Source of the DNA: Octopus bimaculoides
Lineage: Eukaryota
NCBI RefSeq assembly: GCF_001194135.2
Contig: NC_068988.1
Location: forward strand, 42,810,344 to 42,857,511
Length of the DNA: 47,168 nucleotides
Direction of reading: 5' to 3'
Shown here: one piece after another, positions 34,603 to 47,168 of the stretch
How the letters are laid out: every line of letters starts with the position of its first letter
How positions within the stretch are numbered: the first letter of the stretch is position 1
Position numbers and translations under genes: made by a program
Notes under the pieces: model-generated
Database searches by the model: none
Told to the model about the DNA's origin: nothing
The model's input: the letters and a program-made list of their open reading frames with translations, nothing else

Positions 34603-37288
34603 TATTATAAGCACAAGGCCTGGNNNNNNNNNNNNNNNNNNNNNNNNNNNNNNNNNNNNNNNNNNNNNNNNNNNNNNNNNNNNNNNNNNNNNNNNNNNNN
34701 NNNNNNNNNNNNNNNNNNNNNNNNNNNNNNNNNNNNNNNNNNNNNNNNNNNNNNNNNNNNNNNNNNNNNNNNNNNNNNNNNNNNNNNNNNNNNNNNNNNN
34801 NNNNNNNNNNNNNNNNNNNNNNNNNNNNNNNNNNNNNNNNNNNNNNNNNNNNNNNNNNNNNNNNNNNNNNNNNNNNNNNNNNNNNNNNNNNNNNNNNNNN
34901 NNNNNNNNNNNNNNNNNNNNNNNNNNNNNNNNNNNNNNNNNNNNNNNNNNNNNNNNNNNNNNNNNNNNNNNNNNNNNNNNNNNNNNNNNNNNNNNNNNNN
35001 NNNNNNNNNNNNNNNNNNNNNNNNNAGATACATAAGACAGGCATAAATGCTTGTTGTTATCTGTAAAAAAAAGAAGCGACTGGACGACACTGTTTCAAGT
35101 ATTCGTATATTTCCAGCAGTAGTTAGTTACCTTACATTTTACTGCAAAGGTGATATTTTAATTAAAGACACTTTTGGCACGTCAGTAATTTACGTAACAG
35201 AAATGTCACAATTGTCCTAGCCCACTGAGACAAAAATGTTAGAAATCACAAACAGTGCATCCCTAACATTCACAACACACATAGAAGACCTTGCAAAGAA
35301 AACAGAATCACACTCAATCATACTTAAAGAACGCAAAGGCACAACGTTTAGGTATACAATGAAGCGCTAATGAACAAATATACTAGACCGATCATGAATA
35401 ATACTAGTCCTTTCTTAGAGCACAATTTCTTCATAAAAATCTACAGCTACATAACAGCTGATGAATGAAAGAGAAAAAAACAAAACAAAACAAAAACAAA
35501 TTGATGAAAAAGTATTTGGACATTCTTGAGGCAGCTGTTGACAAAATAATTACTTGACATATATTGAATCACGGTCAAACAAACAGATACTTTATAATGA
35601 TTTAACGAGAGGAAGAAAAGTAGTAACCACGATCCTTTTGTAGGGTCTTCGAAACTGAAAGAGGGAGTGGAGGAAGAAATCACGATTCATGTTATAGCAG
35701 GAAGGAATGCATCTTTGACCACACAGCTGGCTCGTATACTTGCAACAGAGTGGACATTGCTAAAGTCGCTAAAATGTGTTACATTTGATCTAGGTTGTGG
35801 ATTAAGTATACAGCGTCGTACAACATTATGACATCACTATTTTAAGACCGCTATTCCTCCCACTCAGTCCTTATAAACACCAAAAGAACATTCACATAAT
35901 AAACAGTGATGTCATTAACTTCATTAGCCAAAATATAAACAACGTTGAGTAGTACTCCACTGAAGATAAGTGCAAAGAAACAATGACTATCATTGTTTGA
36001 TCAAATATATTTTGTCTGCCTCTCCTCTGTTACCATCACTAAATCCTATTGCCATACATCAACTGATTGGATAATAAAGGAAACGCAACAAACTCAGAAA
36101 GCACCTCATCGTGCTATGCAATAAATCTCAGCACGTTTGATTGTGAGTGTTATATTAAACTAAGCGGTGGATTATACATCTGCTGTAATCTGCTGTAATG
36201 GATCTATGGGTTGTATCTTGTCAATCAATCGACTGCCGTCATACTATAACCAAGCACATTTAGGACTGACTGAAGTTACACAACATCAACATAGATCGAA
36301 TGACTGACTGAATGTGTTATTCTATCTTGTAGAAAAGACACTCCCTATAGCTGCGGATTTTTTAGATATAGTTCAGTAGTTTGTATTTTGCGCTAAGAAC
36401 TTTATCCGTGGCCAAGGCAATTGGTTTCTTGGATCTGTTCACCTGGTTTCAATAGTAACCCTGCTAGGTGAGACGGACTGATATCTCATCCATTGATACA
36501 ATTATCTTTTCCGGTATAACATTTATACAAATAAACATCGACTCCTGTGAAACCTAACGGGGAATTTGAGCCCATTTTATCCTCTATTACAAAAGATAAA
36601 GAAAAAGCAAAAAAAAAAAAAAAGCAAAAAAACAAAACAAACAAAAAAAACCCTCCATAGTGCAGTTTTAAGCTACCGGCAATCCATATCTCTAATGAAA
36701 GCTTCGCTTGACAACTAAGTCATTTCACCTAACTTGTCACAGCCAAACATGATTTGTTCGTGATACACTACTCGAGGGCGAAACTATTGGCATTGACCGA
36801 ATATTACAGAAAATTGTATAAAAGTGGAAAATAAGCTGACTGATGCTGTATTGTAAATGTTAAAGAGGAATAAATCTCTTATGATACAGAATAGCATTCA
36901 GGCATCGCTGATGAAAGAAATTTTACCCTTGAATAAAGGATGGAGAAACATTTTAGTATCAAGGGCGAACTGAAAGTGCATAAGTATCTTCTAGGTATCA
37001 TCCCTGCTGAGGAAAAATTATGGATCTACGAGGTGATTCTAAAGTTCCTTTAACATCTAAGATAAACCGCTTTACAACAGAAGTCAGTTAAACTTCTTAA
37101 TATACTTCCCATCACCCCACATGCTTCTATCTATTTTATACATCATCTAAATGCTAATGATACATTTGAATCCCCCTGTCTATGCAACTTGCATTAATAT
37201 ACTGGGTCATATGAGTAATAGAGAGCTAATCAGTTAATGTTCTCAAATTTGAATGTGGACAATATTTAGCCGGTTTATTGTATCGGTG

Positions 37289-37667
37289 GAGGCGCAATGG
37301 CCCAGTGGTTAGGGCAGTGGACTCGCGGTCATAGGATCGCGGTTTCAATTTCCAGACTGGGCATTGTGAGTGTTTATTGAACGAAAACACCAAAAGCTCC
37401 ACGAGGCTCCAGCAGGGAATGGTGGCGAACCCTGCTGTACTCTTCCACCACGACTTTCTCTCACTCTTACTTCCTGTTTCTGTTGTGCCTGTAATTCAAA
37501 GGGTCAGCCTTGTCACACTGTGTCACGCTGAATATCCCCGAGAACTACGTTAAAGGTACACGTGTCTGTGGAGTGCTCAGCCGCTTGCACGTTAATTTCA
37601 CGAGCAGGCTGTTCCGTTGATCGGATCAACTGGAACCCTCGACGTCGTAAGCGACGGAGTGCCAACA
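37289..37667 (+). mobile_element. SINE family C (tRNA-Arg-like head, RTE-like CAA tail) with 12-bp TSD
   Basis: A box TGGCCCAGTGG, B-box-like GGTTTCAATTTCC, GACTCGCG anticodon-like loop, tail GACGGAGTGCCAACA; TSD ATTGTATCGGTG at 37277-37288 and 37668-37679. The RTE partnership is inferred. Confidence 0.85.
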
Positions 37668-38639
37668 ATTGTATCGGTGCAGTATAGGAATATTGAAACT
37701 GTGATTTACTTTTGCTAAAGTTTATCTGTTCACCTGAAAGCTTTTCTACTTTGAATTAGTTTACTTGAACATCGTTCTTTTATTTTTGCTTTATACAATT
37801 ATCTATAATATTATTATGCTTGTCACGACGTGTGTTTGAGTGTTATGCTTGAATCAACCTTAATTATACAAAGAATTCGAGACATCATTAAAATCTTTAA
37901 CATAAATCTTTAAGAAAGCGAAGAAGCATACATTTCAAATAAAATACTAACAATAACGTTTATAAAATGAGGAATCACCGTAGTTTCTGCTAGTTTTGTA
38001 TTATATTATATTATATTATATTCTGTCCCTGAATATAAATTGGACAAATATAGAAATAATAAAATTAAGAGAGATATCATCCTTCCCCGAGTGTCCAAAT
38101 AGATTATAGAATTATGTGAAATTCGACAGCGTCTCTGAATTAATCATTTATTCTCTAAACAATTCTATTTTTCTACTCCAAGCAGAGCACAGTGTGCCAG
38201 TGCGCGAGCGCACAGACACATAATACACACACACACACACACATACATACATACATACATACATGTGTGTGTTTGTGTTTGTGTGTAATTAGCGATAAAT
38301 TCATTATAACTTCGGCAAATACAGCGGTGGCTATGCTTCACTGGTGAAGACGCAAGAAGATTAAGAAAAAAAATTATTGACTAATAATGATTATTTTCTC
38401 ACAGCTTATTTCTAGTTAGCTTTTCCGCATTAATTTTATCCCAATCATTGGTTTGGATTTACACCAATATAATCAATGCCATTTGGGTGAATATTTGATG
38501 TGAAGGTATATTTATACTCGCTGGACTTACAAATGCCGTTTTGACCACGGGCACAGATGAATGCCAATGCCAAGATACGAACCACCGTTTGGCTGGTAAG
38601 CCGATGATGCTTAATTCAGCTGAAGACTGAAATGATATT

Positions 38640-38848
38640 TATTTCTTTATTGCCCACAGGGGGCTAAACATAGAGGGGACAAACAAAGACAGACAAAGGG
38701 TTTAAGTCGATTACATCGACCCCAGTGCGTAAGTGGTACTTATTTAATCGATCTCGGCGGAATTTGAAGCCAGAACGTAACGGCAGACGAAATACCGCTA
38801 AGCATTTCGCCCGGCGTGCTAACGATTCTTCCAGCTCGCCGCTCAGCG
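38640..38848 (-). mobile_element. SINE family A, tail variant 3, with 15-bp TSD
   Basis: GACTGAAATGATATT at 38625-38639 and 38849-38863; internal deletion. Confidence 0.88.
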
Positions 38849-39962
38849 GACTGAAATGATATTAGAAACGTTATTATGGAAGGTTCACTTCGTTTTATGG
38901 TTGGTTTCCTATGCTGAACAGGGTCATCTATGATAAGTGCGACTCCCCAGAGTCTTCTTAGTGGTGTTCTTTTTTTTATTTCTAAATAACGGCCAGGCTT
39001 AGTTTGGCATTTTTATTGGCTCGAATGTCATCCTTGCATGATGATGATGATAATGTACGATCGATCATTATGTGGTTCAAGTACGATAACCCTTTTAAGT
39101 GTACAACTGTGTGAGAAGTTTTCTTAGTGAGGAGTGTTAGTGAAATTTTGTCGTAAATTCATTCATTGTAAACGCTGCTGGAGGGGAAGAGGTAAGTTGC
39201 CTGTCGTCATCTCTGGATAAGTAGGTCTGAAAATTTCACTTCAGAGTGTTGTTGGGAATTTCCAAGTTCAGAATTATGCATAAAAGGAAATTCCTGCCGT
39301 GGCAATCTTATTTAACCGGAATTATTGTAATGAAAGTATTTTTAAGTGGATGTATTGTATAACTGGAATGTCTGAGCACTGTGTGCACTGGAATTTCAGG
39401 ACTGGAACTATTGTTTAATTGCAATTCGATCTGTTTGGCAACTTATTTAATTGGAATCCAGATGTTGGCCATGTTGATTAACCAAAATTCATATTCTTGA
39501 AATATTGCTCAACTGGAATTTCTCTCTTCACATATTTAGATACTTGGCGGTCACATTAAAAAACCAATCAACGTATTTATCAAATATTTCTTTGTTGGTT
39601 CAGGACATGGATAATGTGAAATTTCTTCCGGTGCATAACTAACAACAATGAGATATAACAATTCATGAAGTCAATCATTTTGCACTGCTCAGACCAAGAA
39701 CATTTTGACTTAGCAAAAGTTCTTATTCCCAGTCAAGTGTGACATTTATAATTTTTACGTAAAATAATGGATATACCGAGAAATTCTGTCAACCCATCTT
39801 CTTGTGGAGTTACTAGGGATAAGTTAGTTTCGTGTGAGTTACTCCTTCAAAGATACATTACGAGAAGAATTGAAGGACTGAACCTTGTACAACAAGCGAA
39901 CAAAATACTTATCAATTTATACATTGCCGCGCTTATTGCTTTGAGCAATATAACCACCGTAC

Positions 39963-40195
39963 AAGGGCGGTGAGCTTGCAGAACGGTAAGCACGCAGGGC
40001 CAAAGTGCTTAAGAGCATTTCGTCCGTCTTTACGTTCTGAGTTCAAATTCCACGGATTTTGCTTTTCATCCTTTCGGGATCAATAAAATAAGTACCAGTT
40101 GAGCATTGGGGTTGATGTAATCGACATACCTCCTCCCCCCAAATTATTGGCCCTGTACCAAAAATTGAAACCAATATTACTACCGTACAGATAGA
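39963..40195 (+). mobile_element. SINE family A (GAAACC-tail variant)
   Basis: Consensus match ending TTGAAACCAATATT. Confidence 0.85.
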
Positions 40196-41134
40196 ACCTG
40201 CTCACAGCTTAGTAAAATTAGTGCTTTTGAAAAATTTGAATTTGGATGCATTGAGTTCATCACTGATGAGGAGGTACGAACGTTCTCAGCCGACAAGTGT
40301 GCGATATCCACTATAATCAGCACTCTATTAGTGAAGGTATGCGTAAAGATATTTCAGTCGAGAATTGAAACCGTGAAGCAGACACAAATAAGGAGATGGT
40401 GGAGTCGTAGTCTTAACAGGCTGCCTGCTTTAACATCAGAACCTTCTGGACCTTGGATGCCGTTAGCTGAATTATCTCTGCTGTGAATATTGGTCTGAGG
40501 TTAAAAATATCATGAACCTACTAGCTTTCCAGTGTCGCATGAAGTGGTTTATCAGAGAGTACAAGCATAAGTGTTTCTCTAGCGGAAGCTTGCTACCAAA
40601 TACAGCAGGAGTGGTTCTGAGTGTAACGCCTTGGGAGGATACTCTATCGTTCTATTTGCTAGAAGACTTACCTGCAGCCTTTGACCTCCAGTCTAGCAAT
40701 TCCTAGGTGTCGATGTAGAGTTGGCAGCAACAAATGAGTGATGGGTTTTTTGTCTGCCCACTTTCCTTTACCAGTGACGGATGTCCTGCAAAGAACACGG
40801 CTGCTACTTTAACTCTTTTGACTCAGTCATATGTAAGCGGATTGTATTCAAAATTTTTACGATGCTCATCAACCTTCTGAATATAATAATGGTTTCATTT
40901 AATGTGGTACAGATTCTCAGTATTTCAACGGAAGAGGAAAAGAAATCATTATTGTCTTTTTTTATTGTTTTTATATGAACATTTTCAGGGCCAGTGGGAG
41001 TCATGGAAAGAAAGTATCCTAGGCTGGAAATAGATTTGCTCGACTGTTTGAAATAGAGTAAACATTATTAAAGGCATACACTGACCACTTAAGGCCCAGG
41101 TAGTGGTGTTAAACTGGGAGACGTTTTATGTCTA

Positions 41135-41255
41135 CAACTCAGGTTGAATTTACTTTTCATCCGTCTGAGATAAAAGAATTAATATTAGTTAGATATTGAG
41201 TTCTTCCGGTTAACTATACCAATCCTCCAAATCTGTAGCCTTGTGCCTATATTTT
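41135..41255 (+). mobile_element. Highly decayed SINE family A 3' half
   Basis: TTTTCATCC..GATAAAA..CTCCAAAT..GCCTTGTGCCTAT. Confidence 0.5.
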
Positions 41256-41377
41256 CGACCAATCATTATTTATATATTACTACATATCCTAGTTTGTGCT
41301 AACAGAGGTGTCCTTAGCACTTGCACGTTTCTGTACGATGATGGTGAAGTGGAAGTGAATGACTTTCAGTTTGAACT

Positions 41378-41442
<65 letters not shown>

Positions 41443-42134
41443 TGCGCACGTGCGTCTGTGTACGTGTGTGTGTGAATAATTTAATAAATACATGATTTAA
41501 ATGTGAGCTGCTATAAGTTTCATACTCGGATAGTACAGTAATCTGATGAGCTTCATATAGCGTGATATTTATCTTTTGCTGGCTGGACTACTTTTCATGT
41601 TGATCCANNNNNNNNNNNNNNNNNNNNNNNNNNNNNNNNNNNNNNNNNNNNNNNNNNNNNNNNNNNNNNNNNNNNNNNNNNNNNNNNNNNNNNNNNNNNN
41701 NNNNNNNNNNNNNNNNNNNNNNNNNNNNNNNNNNNNNNNNNNNNNNNNNNNNNNNNNNNNNNNNNNNNNNNNNNNNNNNNNNNNNNNNNNNNNNNNNNNN
41801 NNNNNNNNNNNNNNNNNNNNNNNNNNNNNNNNNNNNNNNNNNNNNNNNNNNNNNNNNNNNNNNNNNNNNNNNNNNNNNNNNNNNNNNNNNNNNNNNNNNN
41901 NNNNNNNNNNNNNNNNNNNNNNNNNNNNNNNNNNNNNNNNNNNNNNNNNNNNNNNNNNNNNNNNNNNNNNNNNNNNNNNNNNNNNNNNNNNNNNCAAATG
42001 TCTAAATCCAATGGACCAGTCACTGGATAAGTTTGGCACAGAAATGTTAACATAGAGTGGTGAATAAATCGATATATCGAGTTTGAAGTCTCTGTCTCTT
42101 TTGAATATGAAAATTTAAAAGTTAAAAACCTTAT

Positions 42135-42199
<65 letters not shown>

Positions 42200-43062
42200 A
42201 TATATGTATGATGTGTATGTATATATACATAGATACATATAATATACATATATACATATATATATGTATGTATGTATGTATAAACACACATACATACATA
42301 CGTACATACACACATACATACATACGAGCACTTGAAAAGTTTAGTGATACCAACCACTACTACAATTAGTGCGTGCATGCTGTAGTAAGACAAACAACAA
42401 CAGCAACCTTGCAACATCACTCATATTTATTCTTCTTTAAGTGTGTAATTTACATAGATAATTTGTATTTGTAGAGTGCCACTTACAGGACAAAACACAT
42501 TATAATGTTACTCCTCAAAAGACAAAAGCAAAACAAAATAACGAAATATATAAACTAAATGTAAAATAAGATACAAATACTTGGGGGACGAAACCCTCAC
42601 TTACTTCCTACATTTAACGAACGAAAGGAAGGAGAAAAGAAATATTTGGAACTATAGAAGAGAAGGGAAAATGACACAGTTACCGAATTTCAATGGAGGT
42701 CTATGGTGTAATGAACTCGTTTCGTAAATTTGATATAGTTCAGTAGGTCGGAAACAACACTCACGTGAAACTAAACCGGGTTGATTTTTACGAACGATAC
42801 AGAAGAGAGTAGTATGGTCGATTGAGCTAAGCAGACGATACTGACATATTACATCAGATGAGGTAATGAAGAAGCTTCATTGCTAGAAATATTAGTCAAA
42901 TTTTCTCTCAAATCATATCCTTCCGTTTTAAAAAGTAAGAGACATATTGGATAATATAATCTTAGATTTATTGTTGTGAAAGTTAAGTGTAAAGTGCTTG
43001 TGGTTAATACTTGTATGCTGGAGTTTGAGGTAACGATAGGGGTTGATATTATTTGCATAGGA

Positions 43063-43282
43063 TAGTTGGCGATCTGGCAGAATCGTTAGCACGCCTGGCA
43101 GAATGCTGAAAGGCGTTTCGTCCGTCTTTACGTTCTGCATTCAAATTCCACCCAGGATGACTTCGCCTTTCATCCTTTCTGGGTCGATAAAATAAGCACC
43201 AATTAAGTTCTGGGGGTTGATGTAACCGACTTGTCCTCTCCCCCAAATTGCTGGCCTTGTGCCAAAATATGAAACCGATTTT
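43063..43282 (+). mobile_element. SINE family A (GAAACC-tail variant)
   Basis: Consensus match. Confidence 0.85.
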
Positions 43283-43699
43283 GTTTGCATAGGAGTGTAG
43301 CTGTAAGTAACACCGAATTGATAATTGATGTACAGGCGGAAGAGTGTAGAAGGTAAAAACCGAACCCAGAGGTACACCTAAGTATTCAGAAAAATAACCC
43401 AGGCGAAAAGACTACTGATGCGCGAGGTAGGACAGGTAGATTCACCAATAGCTGAAATTTCATGGTAACCATAGTGATAGCTGCGAAGAAAGAACAGTAC
43501 TCAAAATGAAAAAAAGATGCGGTTGTTTTACGAGTGATTCCATTATGTTTGAATGTTAGAAGGGCAAGTAATTATACTGTAGGTTTTATTTTTATTTTTT
43601 TTCTACCATCTTTAGATGGAAATATTAAAAAAAAAATTTCCGATGACCATACACAGAATTAGCTAGTCTATATTGTTTGATAAGGTAAATCTTTATCCT

Positions 43700-44050
43700 T
43701 TACTTGTTTAAGTCACTGGACTGCGGCCGTGTTAGGGCAATGTCGTGAAAGGTTTAGTCAAACAGTTGACTCCAGTACTTATTTTTTGAAAGCCCCGTAT
43801 TTATTCCACCAGTATTTTTTGCCGGGGACGTAAACAAATCAACACTGGTTGTAATGCGGCGGAGGAGGAGACAAACACAAACACAAAGACACAGATGTAT
43901 ACATATATAGGCACATATACAACGGACTTTCACACAGTTTCCGCTTGTGGAATTCACTCAAGGCATAGATCGACCCGAGGATATAGTAGAAGACACTTGC
44001 TCAAAGTGCTGTGTCGTGGGACTAAACCCGAAACCGCGTAGTTGCAAAGC
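43700..44050 (-). mobile_element. SINE family B, diverged
   Basis: Consensus match on the minus strand. Confidence 0.8.
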
Positions 44051-44954
44051 CGTGAAGTAAAATTATTAGAATTGTATACACCTTCAAGAAAAATTTGAAA
44101 GATTCTTAATATTTCTTGTGACTTTTTCTATTCCTTTCATCTGATGTTTCATGCTATGGTGGCAGAATAGAAAAAGATAATGCCAAACTGTGCCTCATCT
44201 TTACATTTGAAACCTTTAAATGTAGCTAGGCAGCCTGTAACAGCTTCCTTTGTACTTACAAATAACTTCAGATGCAATTTAGAGGTGAGCTAGGAAATAG
44301 AAAGAACAAAGCTTTCACTAATGTCAAAGACCACTCCATTGTAATATGTGGTGATCCAGTAAACTTATTGCATTTGGTGGTGGTGGCGGTATGTGTGTGG
44401 GGGTTGTTATCTCAACTTGCCTTGCTCTGGAACTCGGGTCTCTAGTGTATTCGACTTAGAGATACTAAGTGGAACTGTGTACGACTGTTATAAACGAAAA
44501 CGAGCAATTTTCGTAGGCTAATGGCATAATATTTTTCTCAAGGGTGAGATATTATGCCATTCAGCCTGCACCCTATACTGCTGTCACCAAATAATAAAGA
44601 TCAAGTCACTTATCGTATTTTCTGGCATCCAAATCGACATAGTACCTAGTGTAATCATGTAGTTTAAAGATACAATCATCGGTACTATCTTTTCATATTC
44701 TGCTACATTTCACATGGAATTTTTGATCCTCCAAAATCGTCTTGATGTATAAGTCGACCTACCTTTATTTTGGCTATAAGTTATGGTCCAAAAAATTCGA
44801 TCTGTATGCCGGGAAATACGGCACATCCGTTTACGTTTCTTTCCTTTCTTAAATACAATAAGAATGAAAGATAAAAATGAATGTCATCAATACTATTTCT
44901 TGAAATATGGCTTTGAAACAAGGAAACAATATTGTTATAGCAATTATAATTTCA

Positions 44955-45023
44955 AGAGATCGAGAACCTAAACCATGACTTTAAGACGAGAATCCAACAC
45001 CCTAATTAGTAGGCCACGCGCCT

Positions 45024-45025
<2 letters not shown>
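44955..45025 (-). mobile_element. Decayed tRNA-like SINE head
   Basis: Minus strand GGCGCGTGGCCTACTAATTAGG..GGTTCTCGATCTC resembles an A-box/B-box head. Confidence 0.35.

Positions 45026-45115
<90 letters not shown>
45026..45115. repeat. (CA)n microsatellite
   Basis: Perfect dinucleotide run. Confidence 0.95.
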
Positions 45116-45117
<2 letters not shown>

Positions 45118-46085
45118 TTTTTTACGCACAACTGTATAATTATATATAAAATTTCGTTTACATATCTATATACATCTATATTTGTATTATGCAGCTATCA
45201 TATTTTTTAAATTTTTATATTCTTCTTATATTGTAATTCTTTCAGTTTTGTTTTCTACCTTTGTTTTCCTCCCGTATCTCTCTACACATCTTTTACTTTT
45301 TATTTCTTCAAATTTATTTTATTTTTACTGCATTTCCTCCTATAATATCGCTTCTCTTTTATTTTCAGCTTAGGCACATCATTCTGTATAATATACGCCA
45401 ACTTTACCTCAATATTGTTGAAAATCAATAGTAGCTGGGTTTTGTTTTTAATTCATCAGCACTACTGCGATATAATGACTAATTCTTTCATTTATCCACA
45501 CTGTTTTTTTTATCAACACATCCAATCATAACTCTATTCAATCCGCCACCTAACGACAACAACTCATATACGAACAGCATATGCTTATAACTAGATTACG
45601 TCTAAAATTACGATAGATTTACACTTAGCTTTTTGCATCCCAAATCTCACCTGTTTTTTCCATCCAAATATTGTTTTATTACATACACACTCATTCATAA
45701 GGTGCCCACAGTTTTAATCAGGATCACATTTACTATTCTTAAAGCATGAAAGGGAAGTTTTTAACATCCCTTTCGTAAAAACTCATTTGCAATTAGATTC
45801 TACCATTTTAAAAATTCAGCACCATATAATTGCTTCTAAAACTTAAATCAATTTGCCGGTAATATACCATGTTATTACATTTTGATAACTTCACTAGCAT
45901 TCATATTACTCTTGTATATTGTCATCAAAAGCAGCAATTCCGATCTACAACAAAATTTTATTCCTGCTTTTCTATATTAATTCCTTAATATACGTAAATC
46001 AATATTATTGTACTTCCCACCTAAATCAATATCCTATAATGTTATACCAATCTACAACCCTTTCATGTATAAATTACTGCTGTAG

Positions 46086-46090
<5 letters not shown>

Positions 46091-46152
<62 letters not shown>
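46091..46152. repeat. (ATT)n microsatellite
   Basis: Perfect trinucleotide run (the poly-I ORF). Confidence 0.95.
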
Positions 46153-46587
46153 GATATCATTAGTAGTATTTTCATCTTGCTTCATATAGCTTATCTTACA
46201 ATATTTGATTCTTTATGATTCTTTAAACATCTCTGTTATTATATATTCAGTTTTTCCCTTTATTTTACGCGCTGTAGTTATCCGTTGAGTTGTTTAATGA
46301 AGTATGTTGTAAAAAGAAAAAAAAATTGTGGGGTGGGTTTACCCGGCATCTTATTATCATCTACCCCAAAATAAGGATTACAGCTGCTGTGAACATATAC
46401 TAATTTCCTTTTAAATCTCCAGCTTGGTGCTTTTACAATAGATATATATTCACATACATACATACATACATACATACATACATGCATGTGTGCATGCATG
46501 CATTACACACACATGTTATGCATATATCTATATATATATCATATACATATATATCATATATGTACACATATATATATATATTGCGTC

Positions 46588-46640
<53 letters not shown>

Positions 46641-46701
46641 NNNNNNNNNNNNNNNNNNNNNNNNNNNNNNNNNNTATATATATATATATATATATATATA
46701 T

Positions 46702-46890
46702 TGACCGTTGACTGGACACTATTCAATTTTTTTTCTCCGTGTTTTTCTCCTTGTCTCCGTATTCTTTCTGTTGAAGAGCGTAGCTCGAAACGTCAAAGAC
46801 TTTCCGTATTCCCGAGCGTCATACTAATACATCCTTTTGTTATTTACACCACCTGTCCTCGTCTGTTGTTGTTTTTTCGTATATTCTCCC
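46702..46890 (+). mobile_element. Penelope-like terminal remnant between (TA)n tracts
   Basis: Homologous to 4768-4910 and 20372-20545; ends TTCTCCC directly into (AT)n. Confidence 0.7.
46763..46799 (+). ncRNA. Minimal type I hammerhead ribozyme-like motif (variant core CUGUUGA)
   Basis: TCTTT-CTGTTGA-A-GAGC GTA GCTC-GAAA-CGTC-AAAGA: 5-bp stem I, 4-bp stem II, palindromic ACGU, GUC cleavage triplet. Confidence 0.65.
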
Positions 46891-47168
46891 ATATATATAT
46901 ATATAGTTCAAATAATATATAATAAGTTCAAATACTAAAAAATAAGCATACCCAATTTGATTTAGACCAAATAAATTTGGAAACTGAATGGGTTATATTC
47001 CTTGGCTATATATAAGGATCCTTTCCAGGGGCCCTATTAACGATTTTTTTCAACAGAATGAGTATGCCATGAGGTTTCTAGACAACTCCACAAACACACC
47101 CAAAGACAGAATTTCCCACATATGTGGTGGATATATACATGTGTGATTTTATATATATATATATATAT

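Noticed and set aside
35601-35831. 77-codon stop-free frame (FNERKKSS..RRTTL)
   Set aside because: No ATG start, no recognisable domain and no clear splice boundaries; the length is within chance expectation.
40200-41080. Several 60-66 aa ORFs and a possible acceptor at CATTTTCAG (about 40989)
   Set aside because: No recognisable family; all three frames after the acceptor stop within about 25 codons.
41543-41575. CTGATGAGC as a hammerhead core
   Set aside because: There is no downstream GAAA or stem III/UH.

Overview
Eukaryotic, AT-rich, repeat-dense genomic DNA with 11 N-gaps, most of them flanked by microsatellites. The SINE families, (TTAGGG)n tracts and microsatellite load look like an octopus or other cephalopod draft assembly; this is inferred from pattern recognition, not from a database search. 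I cannot support any intact host protein-coding gene: the supplied ORFs are microsatellite translations, gap-spanning artefacts or decayed transposon fragments. The window holds three tRNA-headed SINE families (A, about 20 copies; B, 7 copies; C, 1 copy), a decayed CR1/L2-group LINE, two tandem R4/Dong-like RLE-LINE 3' fragments, Penelope-like remnants, Merlin-type DNA elements, a hAT MITE, a possible Helitron-type element and a 5.8S rRNA-like fragment. The most interesting signals are: (i) minimal hammerhead ribozymes in the Penelope-like remnants, all three with the same non-canonical core (U at position 6); (ii) SINE/LINE 3'-tail partnerships visible within the window, including a possible SINE partner of an R4/Dong-like element; (iii) two independent Merlin MITE insertions at nearly the same position of two inverted copies of one host repeat; (iv) a telomeric insertion with a 7-bp duplication, for which an empty-site copy is also present; (v) a dispersed 5.8S-derived sequence followed by an A-tail. 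Boundaries of decayed repeats are approximate (about +/-10-20 nt).
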